Position numbers and translations under genes: made by a program. Below are positions 38,602 through 48,594 of a DNA stretch of 64,000 bases, piece after piece. The first letter of the stretch is position 1. Each line of letters opens with the position of its first letter. Source of the stretch: a bacterium (GTDB lineage Bacteria; UBA8248); assembly GCA_965261085.1 (NCBI GenBank), contig OZ253442.1, positions 3,360,001-3,424,000 of the forward strand. The letters run 5' to 3'. The notes beneath the pieces were generated by a model. It was given only the letters and a program-made list of their open reading frames with translations, was not told the origin of the DNA and did no database searches.

Positions 38602-39981
38602 TTAACCCGCCCTCGATAGAAATTCTTCCGCCACCGCGCACAGGAATCCCTCCCTGAAGGCGGGCGCAAGGAGGGTCACTCCGATGGGCAGCCCGTTTGC
38701 ATAAAAACCATTGGGGATGGCGATGGCGCATAAATCCAGCAAATTCACAAAATTCGTATACATCCCCAGATTCGCGTTCAAGGCGACGGGGTCGGCATTC
38801 ACCTCGTCTATCGTATAGGCCGTGGGCGTGGTGGGGACCGCCAGAAAATCGACCTCACACCAGACTTCTCCCGCCTCGCGTTTTAGTTCCTCCAGGCGAT
38901 AGAAGGCCCGGAAAGCATCGACCGCCGAGTATCGGGCGGCGCCCGCAATCAACTCCCGCGTTACGGGATGAAGGGCTTCCGGCTTCTTCCTATAAAATTC
39001 TTCAATCGCCGCCAGACGCTCCGCCACCCAAGGACCTCCGTACAGGAGTTCCGCTGTCTCGAAAAAAGATGAAAAATCGACCTCCCGCACGGCCACGCCC
39101 ATCTCCGCGATACGCTCGACCCCCCGCTCATAGGCCCTTTTCGCTTCCTCGTCTCCCAGGAAGTCTCTTTGTTCGGGAAGGGGCGCACCAGCTTTCAATC
39201 CCTTTGGCAGATCAGCCGTCATCTCCAGGGACGCTCCCGCCGGAAGAGCGCGGCTATAGGGGTCCTCATCCGGGACGGCCATCCTCTCGAACGCGCAATG
39301 TGCGTCCGAAACTTCTGCGGCGAAAACCGAGACGCAATCGAGCGTGCGGCAAGCAGGAACCACGCCACACGCGCTCACCAGTCCTCGTGAGGGCTTGAGA
39401 CCCACGATGTTGTTGAACCCGGCAGGCACTCGGCCCGAACCGGCCGTGTCCGTGCCGAGCGCGAAACTCACCAGACCCGCCGCGACGGCCACGGTCGAGC
39501 CCGAACTCGAACCTCCCGGAATGTAGTCAGGGTGAAACGGGTTTTCGGCGACACCATACGGCGTGCGAACACCCACGAGACCCAAGGCGAACTGATCCAG
39601 GTTCGTCTTCCCGACGAAAACGGCTCCTGCGTCGAGCAGATGCTCTACGCAGGGAGCGCTCTCATCGGGCGTATAGGCGTATTCGGGACACGCCGCCGTC
39701 GTCGGAATGCCCGCGACGTCGATGTTGTCTTTCACCGCAAACGGAACACCGAATAGAGGCAGTTCAGGCGCATCCGCGCTGCGAGCTTCCAACTCTTGCG
39801 CGCGCGCGAGTAATTTATCCTCAGGCTCAACGTGAATCCACACGCCGTCTTCACCGCGCGCGGTGATTCGCCGATAAACCTCAAGAACGATGTCCACCGG
39901 TGTTCGCTCGCCTGAGGAATATGCTTGCCGGAGCCTGGAGAATCTCATCTCCTCCACGTGCGGCGCGACGCCCTTCATCAT
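38602..39981 (-). CDS. atzF: Allophanate hydrolase (amidase domain only)
   Basis: GKTNLDQFA.GLVGVRTPYG, GTDTAGSGRVPA, PACRTLDCVS, N..LG.YTNFVNLLD. Confidence 0.9.
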   Translation of the reverse strand: MMKGVAPHVEEMRFSRLRQAYSSGERTPVDIVLEVYRRITARGEDGVWIHVEPEDKLLARAQELEARSADAPELPLFGVPFAVKDNIDVAGIPTTAACPEYAYTPDESAPCVEHLLDAGAVFVGKTNLDQFALGLVGVRTPYGVAENPFHPDYIPGGSSSGSTVAVAAGLVSFALGTDTAGSGRVPAGFNNIVGLKPSRGLVSACGVVPACRTLDCVSVFAAEVSDAHCAFERMAVPDEDPYSRALPAGASLEMTADLPKGLKAGAPLPEQRDFLGDEEAKRAYERGVERIAEMGVAVREVDFSSFFETAELLYGGPWVAERLAAIEEFYRKKPEALHPVTRELIAGAARYSAVDAFRAFYRLEELKREAGEVWCEVDFLAVPTTPTAYTIDEVNADPVALNANLGMYTNFVNLLDLCAIAIPNGFYANGLPIGVTLLAPAFREGFLCAVAEEFLSRAG

Positions 39982-40053
39982 CTGGAATTCCCAGCTTTCA
40001 CAACTTTCTCCCCGTACGAATCTTTCCCATGTTAAGCCCGGCGCCCGGCCCCA

Positions 40054-41601
40054 TCATCCATCGCTCTCTTGGGATTCGTGCTCCAGCATCTCACGAAGCG
40101 CCGTTTTGAGAACTTTTCCATAATTATTCTTGGGCAAGGCCTCGATGAAACGATACGCCCGGGGACGCTTGAAGCGCGCAATGTGCTCGAGACACAAGCT
40201 GTCGAGTTCTTCCTCACTCAAACCTCGCCCGTCTTTGCGCACCACGAAGGCCATGACCTCCTCTCCCCAATCCGGGTGAGGACGCCCGATGACGGAGACC
40301 TCCAAAACATCTTCATGGCGGAGCAGCACTTCCTCCACCTCGCGGGGATAGATGTTGCTGCCGCCGCTGATGATGAGATCTTTGGAGCGATCCTTGAGGG
40401 TGAGAAAACCATCCGAATCCATCACCCCCACGTCGCCCGTGTGGAGCCACCCGCCTTTGAGCGCGCTCGCCGTGGCTTCGGGGTTGTTCCAATAGCCTTT
40501 CATGACGACGTCGCCGCGCACGAGCACCTCGCCGGTCTCTCCGGGCGGCAGGGTGTTGTCCTCAGAATCGACCACGCGCACTTCGACCACGGTGTGCGGC
40601 ACCCCGACGGATGCGAGCCGCTCCTCATAGCGCGGGTGATCCGTATCGACGTGCCGCTCTCTGGAGACAACCGTGATGGTCATGGGGCTTTCCCCCTGTC
40701 CGTATACCTGAACGAGCTTGTTGCCCAGAGCCTCCATAGCCTTTTTGAGGTCTTCCACGTACATCGGGCCGCCGCCATAGGCGATGGTCTTCAAATTCTC
40801 TGTATTCGCATCCCTGAGGGCCTCGCTCTGAATCAGGCGCGTCACCATGGTGGGCGCTGCGAAAATGGTGACGCCCGGGTAGGCCTCGATGAGCCGAAAT
40901 ATCTCCGCAGGCTCGAACCCGCCGCTTTCGGGGACGATGTTGTTCGCGGCCTTATAGACGTGGGGGATGGCGTACAGACCGGAACCGTGGGACATGGGCG
41001 CGGCGTGCAGAATGCAATCGTTCTCCGATATCGGATCGACGTCGGCGAAATAACTCAAGGACATGCTGTGGAGATTCTGGTGGGTGAGCATGGCGCCCTT
41101 CGGCCTGCCCGTCGTGCCGCTCGTATAGAAAAGCCAGGCCAAGTCATCCGGCCCCTGTGGTTCGATGGGGTCGGCCTCTCGGGATTGGAGCGCCCGATAC
41201 TCGGGGGTATCTACCTCCATCACGCTTTCCAAGGACTTGATTTCATCGGCAAGCGGCACAACCGTCTCCATGAGATCGGAAGTGGCGAAGCAACAGCGCG
41301 CGCCCGCATTATCAAGGATAAAGGCCATCTCTCTGGGGTGGAGTTTCGCGTTGATGGGCAAGGCGCAACACCCTGCATGCCATATGGCGTAGAGGACCTC
41401 TAAAAACGCCGGGCAATTCTTCATGGTGATGGCCACGCGATCTCCGGGCATGAGTCCGAGTTCGTTTCTCAGATAACCCGCTATAGAGGCCGCCCTGCGG
41501 GCAAGCGCCTCATACGTACAATGAACCGCTTCACCCGAGGAAATGGCCGGCCGCTCGCCACAGGCTCTCGCCGCTCGGGCCAAAAACTCCGCCATGTTCA
41601 T
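40054..41601 (-). CDS. AMP-binding acyl-CoA synthetase
   Basis: YTSGTTGRPKG, YGQGE, WLHTGD, ISGGSNIYP, LPKN..GK. Confidence 0.92.
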   Translation of the reverse strand: MNMAEFLARAARACGERPAISSGEAVHCTYEALARRAASIAGYLRNELGLMPGDRVAITMKNCPAFLEVLYAIWHAGCCALPINAKLHPREMAFILDNAGARCCFATSDLMETVVPLADEIKSLESVMEVDTPEYRALQSREADPIEPQGPDDLAWLFYTSGTTGRPKGAMLTHQNLHSMSLSYFADVDPISENDCILHAAPMSHGSGLYAIPHVYKAANNIVPESGGFEPAEIFRLIEAYPGVTIFAAPTMVTRLIQSEALRDANTENLKTIAYGGGPMYVEDLKKAMEALGNKLVQVYGQGESPMTITVVSRERHVDTDHPRYEERLASVGVPHTVVEVRVVDSEDNTLPPGETGEVLVRGDVVMKGYWNNPEATASALKGGWLHTGDVGVMDSDGFLTLKDRSKDLIISGGSNIYPREVEEVLLRHEDVLEVSVIGRPHPDWGEEVMAFVVRKDGRGLSEEELDSLCLEHIARFKRPRAYRFIEALPKNNYGKVLKTALREMLEHESQESDG

Positions 41602-41848
41602 TCTAAACCACCCTCCCGGAAGTCACGGCCCATGATTCGCGCAATCACGCGGCTACATGGGCAATTCATCGCTGGAAGACCTTTTCGCCTCATGGCCTGA
41701 TGATAAGCCATATCCGAATCCATGAATATGCGCTAGTATTAAAGCATATATCAGCGTTTCGTGGAGCGCGGCTTCTGCCGAGAAAACCGCATTTGCGAGA
41801 GGAGCGCGTAGAGCGTCCTTTCTTCCGATACCCAGGGAGGCAACCCCC

Positions 41849-43165
41849 ATGCGAAGCGAAAAAGACCTACTTGATTCCGCAAAAAAATACAGCTTTCGCG
41901 GGCGGGTGGACAAGACGGTTTTCGCAGGCCCCGTCTTCGTGCGCGGCGAGGGTTCCACCATCGAGGACGTGAACGGCAAGCAATACCTCGATTTCAATTC
42001 GGGCCAGATGTGCTCCGCCCTCGGACACAACCATCCCACCGTCACGGCCGCCATCAAAAAAAGCTGTGATCAGCTGATTCACGCGCACAGCAGCTTCTTC
42101 AACGACCAGGAAATCATTCTCGCCGAGCGTCTGGGGGAACTACTCCCGCCCCCGCTCGAGAAAAGCCTCTTTCTGGGTTCCGGCGCGGACGCCAACGAGG
42201 CGGCGGTGACAATCGCCCGAAAATACACCGACGGCTTCGAGGTGGCGAGCCCCCACATCAGCTTTCACGGTCTCTCCGACACGGCGCGTTCTCTCACCTT
42301 CGCGGGCTGGCACAGCGGGCACGGGCCGCTCTCTCCGGGAAGTCTGGCCATGGTCGCGCCCTATTGCTACCGCTGTCCGCTCGCCCAGAAATTTCCCGAT
42401 TGCGAGATCGCCTGTCTGGACACGAGCTTCGAGCTCATCGACGCGCAAACGACGAGCAAGCCGGCCGCCGTCATCACCGAGCCCCTGTTCAGCGCAGGCG
42501 GCGTTGTGGAGCCGCCGCCCGGATGGTTCAAGAAGCTTAAACAAAACTGCGAGGAACGCGGCATGCTGCTCATCGTGGACGACGAGCAGACGGGGCTCGG
42601 CAAGCTGGGCACGATGTTCGGCTTCGAGAAGGACGAGGTGGTGCCCGACGTCGTGACGCTTGCGAAACACTTCGGCGGAGGCGTGAGCATCAGTTCGGTC
42701 TCGACGAGTGTCGAGGTTGAGGAGAAGGTGGCGTCCACCGAGTTCGTCGTCACTCATTCGCACACGAACGACCCGCTCGCCTGCGCCGCAGGGGTGGCGA
42801 GCCTCGACGTCATCGAACAGGAAGACGTGCCCGCAAAGGCGAGAAAAATCGGCGCTCATCTCAGGGAGCGCCTCACCTGGCTGGGCGAGCAATATGAGTT
42901 GGTGGGAGACATCCGGGGTCGGGGTCTTCTGCAAGGGATCGAACTGGTCGAAGACAGGCGCTCGAAAACGCCCGCCACCAGACAGGGAAGCGAGATTTAC
43001 CGCAGATGCCTCGAAAACGGACTCATCTTCAGCCAGCGGCGCGGGGGAAGTGTTCTTCGCTTCGTGCCGCCGGCCACGACGACGGAAGGCCAGATGGATC
43101 AGGCGATGGACATCCTCACGGACGCGATGGACAAGGCGAGCGTTCGCGGCGCCGCCTCGGGATGA
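41849..43165 (+). CDS. Class III PLP aminotransferase, 2,2-dialkylglycine decarboxylase-like
   Basis: LDF.SGQM...LGH.HP, EP..SAGG, D..QTG.G..GTMF, PD..TLAK. Confidence 0.85.
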   Translation: MRSEKDLLDSAKKYSFRGRVDKTVFAGPVFVRGEGSTIEDVNGKQYLDFNSGQMCSALGHNHPTVTAAIKKSCDQLIHAHSSFFNDQEIILAERLGELLPPPLEKSLFLGSGADANEAAVTIARKYTDGFEVASPHISFHGLSDTARSLTFAGWHSGHGPLSPGSLAMVAPYCYRCPLAQKFPDCEIACLDTSFELIDAQTTSKPAAVITEPLFSAGGVVEPPPGWFKKLKQNCEERGMLLIVDDEQTGLGKLGTMFGFEKDEVVPDVVTLAKHFGGGVSISSVSTSVEVEEKVASTEFVVTHSHTNDPLACAAGVASLDVIEQEDVPAKARKIGAHLRERLTWLGEQYELVGDIRGRGLLQGIELVEDRRSKTPATRQGSEIYRRCLENGLIFSQRRGGSVLRFVPPATTTEGQMDQAMDILTDAMDKASVRGAASG

Positions 43166-43207
43166 CGTCCAGTTTCGCCTCCTCTGCTTTCGATTAGATT
43201 AGATAAA

Positions 43208-43699
43208 ATGCTCCACGTCGCTCTCTATCATCCCGCAATTCCGCAGAACACCGGGAACATCGGCCGGTTATGCGTCGGGATGGATGCGCATCTCCACATC
43301 ATCGAACCCGCGAAATTCGATTTTTCGGACAATTCTCTCAAAAGAGCAGGACTCGATTACTGGACCGACGTGAAGCTCACCATCCACGAGAGCGAAGACC
43401 TCTTTCTCGAATGGCTGGGCGAGAGGAAACCCTGGCTCATCACGAAGTTCGGCGCTTCGCGTTTCGATCGGGTGGCGTATCGGGATGAAGACGTGCTGCT
43501 GCTCGGGAACGAAAACACCGGCCTGCCCGATCAATGGCACGCGCGCTGGGCCGAGCGGCGGATTTACGCGCCCATGCCCGGGCCGATCCGCTCCTACAAC
43601 CTCGCCAACACCGCCGCCATCGTCCTCGCGCAGGCATACGTTCAACTGCATGACGCGGAAGTGACAAACCACGGCGGAGCAAAAGACCCTATTGGTTGA
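43208..43699 (+). CDS. trmL: tRNA (cytidine/uridine-2'-O)-methyltransferase TrmL
   Basis: P.IPQNTGNIGR, KRAGLDYW, G.E..GLP, RSYNLAN. Confidence 0.93.
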   Translation: MLHVALYHPAIPQNTGNIGRLCVGMDAHLHIIEPAKFDFSDNSLKRAGLDYWTDVKLTIHESEDLFLEWLGERKPWLITKFGASRFDRVAYRDEDVLLLGNENTGLPDQWHARWAERRIYAPMPGPIRSYNLANTAAIVLAQAYVQLHDAEVTNHGGAKDPIG

Positions 43700-44031
43700 A
43701 GCCTGCATCCCCAAAACCAGTGAAGAAAATAATTTTGACAACCACCCCCCGCTGATTAGAGTGAAATATGGCCCATATTCACGCATAGACCGGGGAGGTA
43801 GGCTACGTCAAGACGTATTTTGTGCCGTTTTCATGCCGTATTTTGTCGGTCTCTTACTACTTTTGTGCCCTTTTCGGACTCTGTTTTTTCCACCACAAAA
43901 TACCTAAACTAATTAACGTTTGCCACTTGATTGACTAGATGGGTTTCCCGTGAAAAGACTACGAGAAATCGAATAAGGGGGGCATGCCCCAAGGAATGGA
44001 ATTCTCATCGGTTGACCCAAAGGAGGAGAGC

Positions 44032-44562
44032 ATGGACGTCACAATGAATAGAGAAATGGTCAGAAAACGTCTCTACAAACTCGGCGACAAAACACAAGCC
44101 AAAATAGCAGAAAGACTCAACTGCGACGAGGGCACAGCCCGCCGAATCCTTAACGGGGCCTCCGTTCGATTGAACACTGCAGAAAAAGTATCTCAGATAT
44201 TACTACTCGATCCGCTTGAAGTCATTAATTTTGGAATTAATAAGGAAGAGCAACCTACAGACACGGAGGAGCAAATTTCAGAAGCGGACCAACAAAACGC
44301 ATTCTTCACGGAAGCCGAACAGACGGCTTGTGATGCGGCTGGCGAAAGCATGAACGACACCCTCAACCGTTATGGTGCGTACAATCGTGAAGAAGTCTCA
44401 AACGTTCTGTCCCTTCTTCTCCTGACATACGGAGTGGCCCTCTCGTATGAGGCCCCCACAGACGGCTTGCTTTTCATTGACGAGATCACCCACAAGGCGA
44501 AAAGATTGGTTTACTTAAATCTGTTAAAGATGCAGTCTGAAGACACAACAGATTCCGATTAG
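44032..44562 (+). CDS. Xre/Cro-like HTH protein with an acidic C-terminal domain
   Basis: TQAKIAERLNCDEGTARRILNG helix-turn-helix; AGGAGG RBS; lower GC. Confidence 0.65.
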   Translation: MDVTMNREMVRKRLYKLGDKTQAKIAERLNCDEGTARRILNGASVRLNTAEKVSQILLLDPLEVINFGINKEEQPTDTEEQISEADQQNAFFTEAEQTACDAAGESMNDTLNRYGAYNREEVSNVLSLLLLTYGVALSYEAPTDGLLFIDEITHKAKRLVYLNLLKMQSEDTTDSD

Positions 44563-44608
44563 CCCATCCACCGGGTAGTTCTGGTTCGACGAAAGGCCAG
44601 CCCGCCCA

Positions 44609-45766
44609 TCACGGCACCATATTCACCCAGCCGCCCTCTTGCGCGCTACGCAGGCAGGCTTCAGCGAGTTGAACGTCACGGATTCCGGCGGAGAGATCGG
44701 CGTAGAATGGCTCATCGCTAACCACGTGGCGGATAAAGCACTCCCAGCCGTAGCGATAGGGGTTCTTGTACGGCGCGGAGTCGGGTTCCTCTTCCCAGTT
44801 CTCCCGATAATCCACAGAGACGTCCATGGTGTCCGCATCGCGCCCCATGAGGAAACCGCGCACCACCGGCGTATCGTCCGCCGCCTGCTTCCAGCATCTT
44901 CTCAAGCTCGCTACCGCAGAGCCATTGGTTCCATCCACCTGGAAGGTGACCAGATCCTCGCGCCGCACCCGGGTGGACCACGAACTTAGAATCGCGCCAC
45001 GCGCGCCGCTTTCGAGCTCCAGGAGAGTATGCGCATTGTCCTCGACATCGACCTCGAAACGCGCCCCCGCCTCGTCGGCGCGCTCGGTCTGACCCGTCCA
45101 GGAGAGCGCCGCCACGCGCGCAATCGGCCCCAAGGTGCCTTCGACGATGTAGCGCCAGTGCGGGTGCATGTCCGAGATGAGTCCGCCGCCGCCCGCTTTT
45201 CGGTAGTTCCAACTCGGGCGCTGGGATTCCGCCTCGATTCCGTCGAACACCCACCACCCGAACTGAATCTGAAAACCGATGACCCGGCCCAGAAAACCGC
45301 TCTCCACCACCCGGCGAAGTTTCAGGAACCCCGGCAGGAAGAGCTTATCCTCCACCGCGCCGTGCTTGAGGCCTTTGGCCTGCGCCGCGCGCAGCAGACC
45401 CATCCCCTCCTGAGCGGTGGGCGCCACCGGTTTTTCGGTATAAATGTGCTTTCCCGCGGCGATGGCGCGCTTTAATATGTCCACCCTCAAGTGCGTGACC
45501 GCCGCATCGAAGAAAACGGGATACGCCGTATCCCGGAGAGCCGCATTCAGGTCCGTCGTCCATTCGAGGCCGCCGTGTTCCGCCGCCAGTTTCGTGAGCC
45601 GCTCCTCGTTTCTGCCGACGAGCAGCAGCTTCGGCAGGATTTTCTCACCCCCCAAGTCGAGGCCGCCCTCGCTTATGATGGGCATGAGCGAGTTTCTCAG
45701 ATGCTGGAAGGAGCAGATGCCGCCGGTCGCTCCGTGCAGAATGATTCCCAATTCCCGCGTCGCCAT
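44609..45766 (-). CDS. Gfo/Idh/MocA family oxidoreductase
   Basis: GKHIYTEKP, QRPSWNYRK..GGG.I.DM..HW.Y. Confidence 0.9.
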   Translation of the reverse strand: MATRELGIILHGATGGICSFQHLRNSLMPIISEGGLDLGGEKILPKLLLVGRNEERLTKLAAEHGGLEWTTDLNAALRDTAYPVFFDAAVTHLRVDILKRAIAAGKHIYTEKPVAPTAQEGMGLLRAAQAKGLKHGAVEDKLFLPGFLKLRRVVESGFLGRVIGFQIQFGWWVFDGIEAESQRPSWNYRKAGGGGLISDMHPHWRYIVEGTLGPIARVAALSWTGQTERADEAGARFEVDVEDNAHTLLELESGARGAILSSWSTRVRREDLVTFQVDGTNGSAVASLRRCWKQAADDTPVVRGFLMGRDADTMDVSVDYRENWEEEPDSAPYKNPYRYGWECFIRHVVSDEPFYADLSAGIRDVQLAEACLRSAQEGGWVNMVP

Positions 45767-45808
45767 GTATCCGATCCGCCCCAAATTCAAAATTTCTGGA
45801 GAACACCC

Positions 45809-46939
45809 CTATGCCTCCAGGCCGGCCATCAGCTCCGCAGGCTCAATGGGCAGTATCAGTTCGGCGCCTCGCTTGGCCGAGAGGTCCATCGCCATGGTCA
45901 GCATCAGGTTGCGATGCCCCTCGGCGGCGGTCGCATGGGGGGTGCGCTTGCCCGAATAAATCCGCTGGAACCAGGAGTTGGTCTCCTCGCGCATCGGACC
46001 CCAAAGCTCTCCGTCATACATGTCGCCCGGGGGGAAGCTGGTGAGAAAATCGACGTTGCGCCGCGCTTCGAGGTCGAAATCCTCCGGATTATAGGCGGGC
46101 CCTTGCGAGAACTCCGACGCCATCACCACGTCGCGGTGCGTGTCCTCGATGTCCACCACCCCCTTGGTGCCCACGATGCCGATTTCGAGTCCATACACCG
46201 CTCCGGGCCACTCCTTGGGCAGCGCCCAGCAGATGTTCATGCTCCAGATGGCGCCGCTATCCATCGTGAACACGCCGAAAGTGGCGTCCTTGGTGCCGAG
46301 ATCACTCAAAATCCCCTCGGTCGAGCGCGCGAAAATCGAGACCGGCTTGGCGTCGCCCATCAGCCACAGGCACATATCGAGACTGTGGGTGCCCGAAATG
46401 ACCATGGGCGTCAGAAACCGGCGATCCTGCGATAGACGGACCTCTCCGGTCGGCGCCATGCGGTTCATGAAGGCGCGCGTGACCACCGCTGTAACGTCGC
46501 CGATCTGGCCGCTTTGGACACGATCCTTCACGGCGAGGAAACGTCGGCGAAAACGCTGGGTGTAGCCGACGACGACGTCCACGCCGGCCGATTTTATCGC
46601 CGCGAGCACGGAGGCCGACTCACGCGCGTCCGTGGCGAGTGGTTTTTCTATCAGCATGGGCAGGCCACGCTCCGCCGCGGCGAGCGTGGGTTCGACGTGC
46701 GCCCAGGTCGACGTGGCGATGATCGCCGCATCCACCTCGGGACGGGCGATGAGTTCGTGAAAATCGGTGGTGAAATAATCGGCCCCGATGTCTACTTTCA
46801 GTTTCTCGCCGACCTTCTCGTTCATGTCGGAGAGGCCAATCCACCCGATTCCGGGGAAATCTCTGGCCAGTGCGCCCCGCATGCGCCCCACGACCCCACA
46901 GCCGACGATGGCCAGCCCGAGTTCTTTTTTATCCGACAT
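45809..46939 (-). CDS. Gfo/Idh/MocA family oxidoreductase
   Basis: IVGCGVVG, IEKPLA, GYTQRF; related to 4309-5403. Confidence 0.9.
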   Translation of the reverse strand: MSDKKELGLAIVGCGVVGRMRGALARDFPGIGWIGLSDMNEKVGEKLKVDIGADYFTTDFHELIARPEVDAAIIATSTWAHVEPTLAAAERGLPMLIEKPLATDARESASVLAAIKSAGVDVVVGYTQRFRRRFLAVKDRVQSGQIGDVTAVVTRAFMNRMAPTGEVRLSQDRRFLTPMVISGTHSLDMCLWLMGDAKPVSIFARSTEGILSDLGTKDATFGVFTMDSGAIWSMNICWALPKEWPGAVYGLEIGIVGTKGVVDIEDTHRDVVMASEFSQGPAYNPEDFDLEARRNVDFLTSFPPGDMYDGELWGPMREETNSWFQRIYSGKRTPHATAAEGHRNLMLTMAMDLSAKRGAELILPIEPAELMAGLEA

Positions 46940-47000
46940 TCCTCTTCCTTTCACTTTTGAAAATTTCGTCTCTGTGACCTCGTATGCGCGGCCGACAAGT

Positions 47001-47029
47001 AAAAGGCTGCGGACTCGCCGCAGCCTTTT
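47001..47029. terminator. Intrinsic terminator (probably the original tRNA terminator, displaced by integration)
   Basis: aaaaggctgcgg / ccgcagcctttt 12-bp stem immediately beyond the att repeat. Confidence 0.8.
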
Positions 47030-47036
47030 GTTTTCT

Positions 47037-47052
47037 TGGTAGCGGGAGGAGG
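47037..47052 (-). repeat. att direct repeat (copy of the tRNA-fMet 3' end)
   Basis: tggtagcgggaggagg versus tggtagcggggggagg at 56523-56538 (15/16). Confidence 0.85.
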
Positions 47053-47309
47053 TGTAGAATCTACATATTAACTTATTGTATTTATTGAAGTTACATTTTA
47101 TGCTCCGCTTCTTTTACCACGATAAATACCACTCATAATGTGGGAATATACGGGAATATCATCGGCTCCTAGTATGCGCTCACCACGCTTATACCACGAA
47201 CGCCGACACGTTTTCGACCTCTAAGCGCCTCAAATATTCAGGAGGATTCTCGGGTAGGGGGAAGGGCCTGGCGCTCGCCCTGCGCCGCCACTGCAAGGAT
47301 GAGGTGCTG

Positions 47310-47528
47310 TCATAGTGGGTACCCCGCTTCGTCGTATCTCGCGTTCGTCTCCATGGCCTTCTCGATTAGGCGATCAAGTTCCTGCGTCCCGTAGTGAAGA
47401 TTTTCCACCAGGAAATCCCATTCCGCCGCGCTTAGGTTTTCCATTCCGTGCTCCCGCGCTCGTTCGAGTAAAACCTGCGCGCGCGCGGTCGGGTCTCGCC
47501 AGGTCTTCTTCATCCTGGCCCTACTCAT
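47310..47528 (-). CDS. Hypothetical protein (satellite)
   Basis: 72 aa; overlaps the portal stop. Confidence 0.6.
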   Translation of the reverse strand: MSRARMKKTWRDPTARAQVLLERAREHGMENLSAAEWDFLVENLHYGTQELDRLIEKAMETNARYDEAGYPL

Positions 47529-48594
47529 TCAAAACTCCCGACACGGCGGCGGCTTGTTCAAGCGCCATGCCTCCTTGCACCATTTTCGCAAATGACGCCG
47601 CTCTGCCTTGCAAGTCGTGCGCCCATAGGCGGCTCAAGTCGAAGCTGATCCGTGTCTCAAGTTTCGCCTCAAATTCTTGTTTCACGATCTCGAGTAGCGG
47701 CTCCACCGATCCCATGACGAAACGCCGCCAGCTTTCGCGCTGGCTTGTGCCATCCGCATCCGAGGCGAGACTCACGGGAACGCCGCAAGCGCTCAAAACG
47801 CTCATCCCGGATTCGCTCCGAAGGAACCTAAGAGTGTCGGGCGGATCGGCTCCGAGGCGTGATGAGACGAAATCTTTACGCGGCGCTTCACTCATGCCTT
47901 TTTGCCAGCCGCCCGCCGTGGTTTCCGTCAAAATGGTACGGCCCTTCGCGGCGGCGATGTCGGCCTTGAGCATCTTGAGCGGATCGTCACCTTCACCGTC
48001 TCCGCCGTCCGAGGGAATGGGAACAACGTGCGCCACCGGGCCGCCCGCTTCTTCGCCCAAGCGTTTTTCGAGATTGCCCGCAAGCGTTCCCGTTTCTCGC
48101 GCCCACCCGAGCGGCCCGACGCCGTACCACGGACGCGCCGGATCAACTGCGTATCGGAAATGCAGTACCTGGCCCGACTGGACAAGGCGCGTGAGATTTC
48201 CCGAGGGACCGAAAAGATCGGCCCGGTAAAACCAACTTGACTCATCATGGCCGCCCCTCACGTCCCAGCTTCCCACGGGGAGAAATTCCACTTGCCCGCG
48301 GCGTAGCTCGATGACGTGCAAGCCTTCGCCGCGGCGGATGAGATTTCGTGCGATGAGGGCCATCATCCCCGGAGTGATTCTTTCCGCCCGGTCGCCTGTA
48401 ACCTTCGCGGCGGCGAAGGCTTGCGCATAGAGCGCCGCGCTGGTTTCGAGCGCCCACGTCTGCGCGGGATCGCCCGGCATGGTTCCTTCGGCTTGCGATA
48501 CGATGGCTTGAACGAGCGCGTCCGTGAAGGGTTGCGTTTCCCGCTTCTCCGCCGCGCCGCCGCGCCAGTCTATCGCCGGAATTTGCGCGCTCAT
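47521..48594 (-). CDS. Phage portal protein (short, HK97-like)
   Basis: NLIRRGEG, VLHFRY......YGVGPL, SACGVP.SL, VEPLL...QEF..KL; ATGA overlap with the connector. Confidence 0.8.
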   Translation of the reverse strand: MSAQIPAIDWRGGAAEKRETQPFTDALVQAIVSQAEGTMPGDPAQTWALETSAALYAQAFAAAKVTGDRAERITPGMMALIARNLIRRGEGLHVIELRRGQVEFLPVGSWDVRGGHDESSWFYRADLFGPSGNLTRLVQSGQVLHFRYAVDPARPWYGVGPLGWARETGTLAGNLEKRLGEEAGGPVAHVVPIPSDGGDGEGDDPLKMLKADIAAAKGRTILTETTAGGWQKGMSEAPRKDFVSSRLGADPPDTLRFLRSESGMSVLSACGVPVSLASDADGTSQRESWRRFVMGSVEPLLEIVKQEFEAKLETRISFDLSRLWAHDLQGRAASFAKMVQGGMALEQAAAVSGVLNE

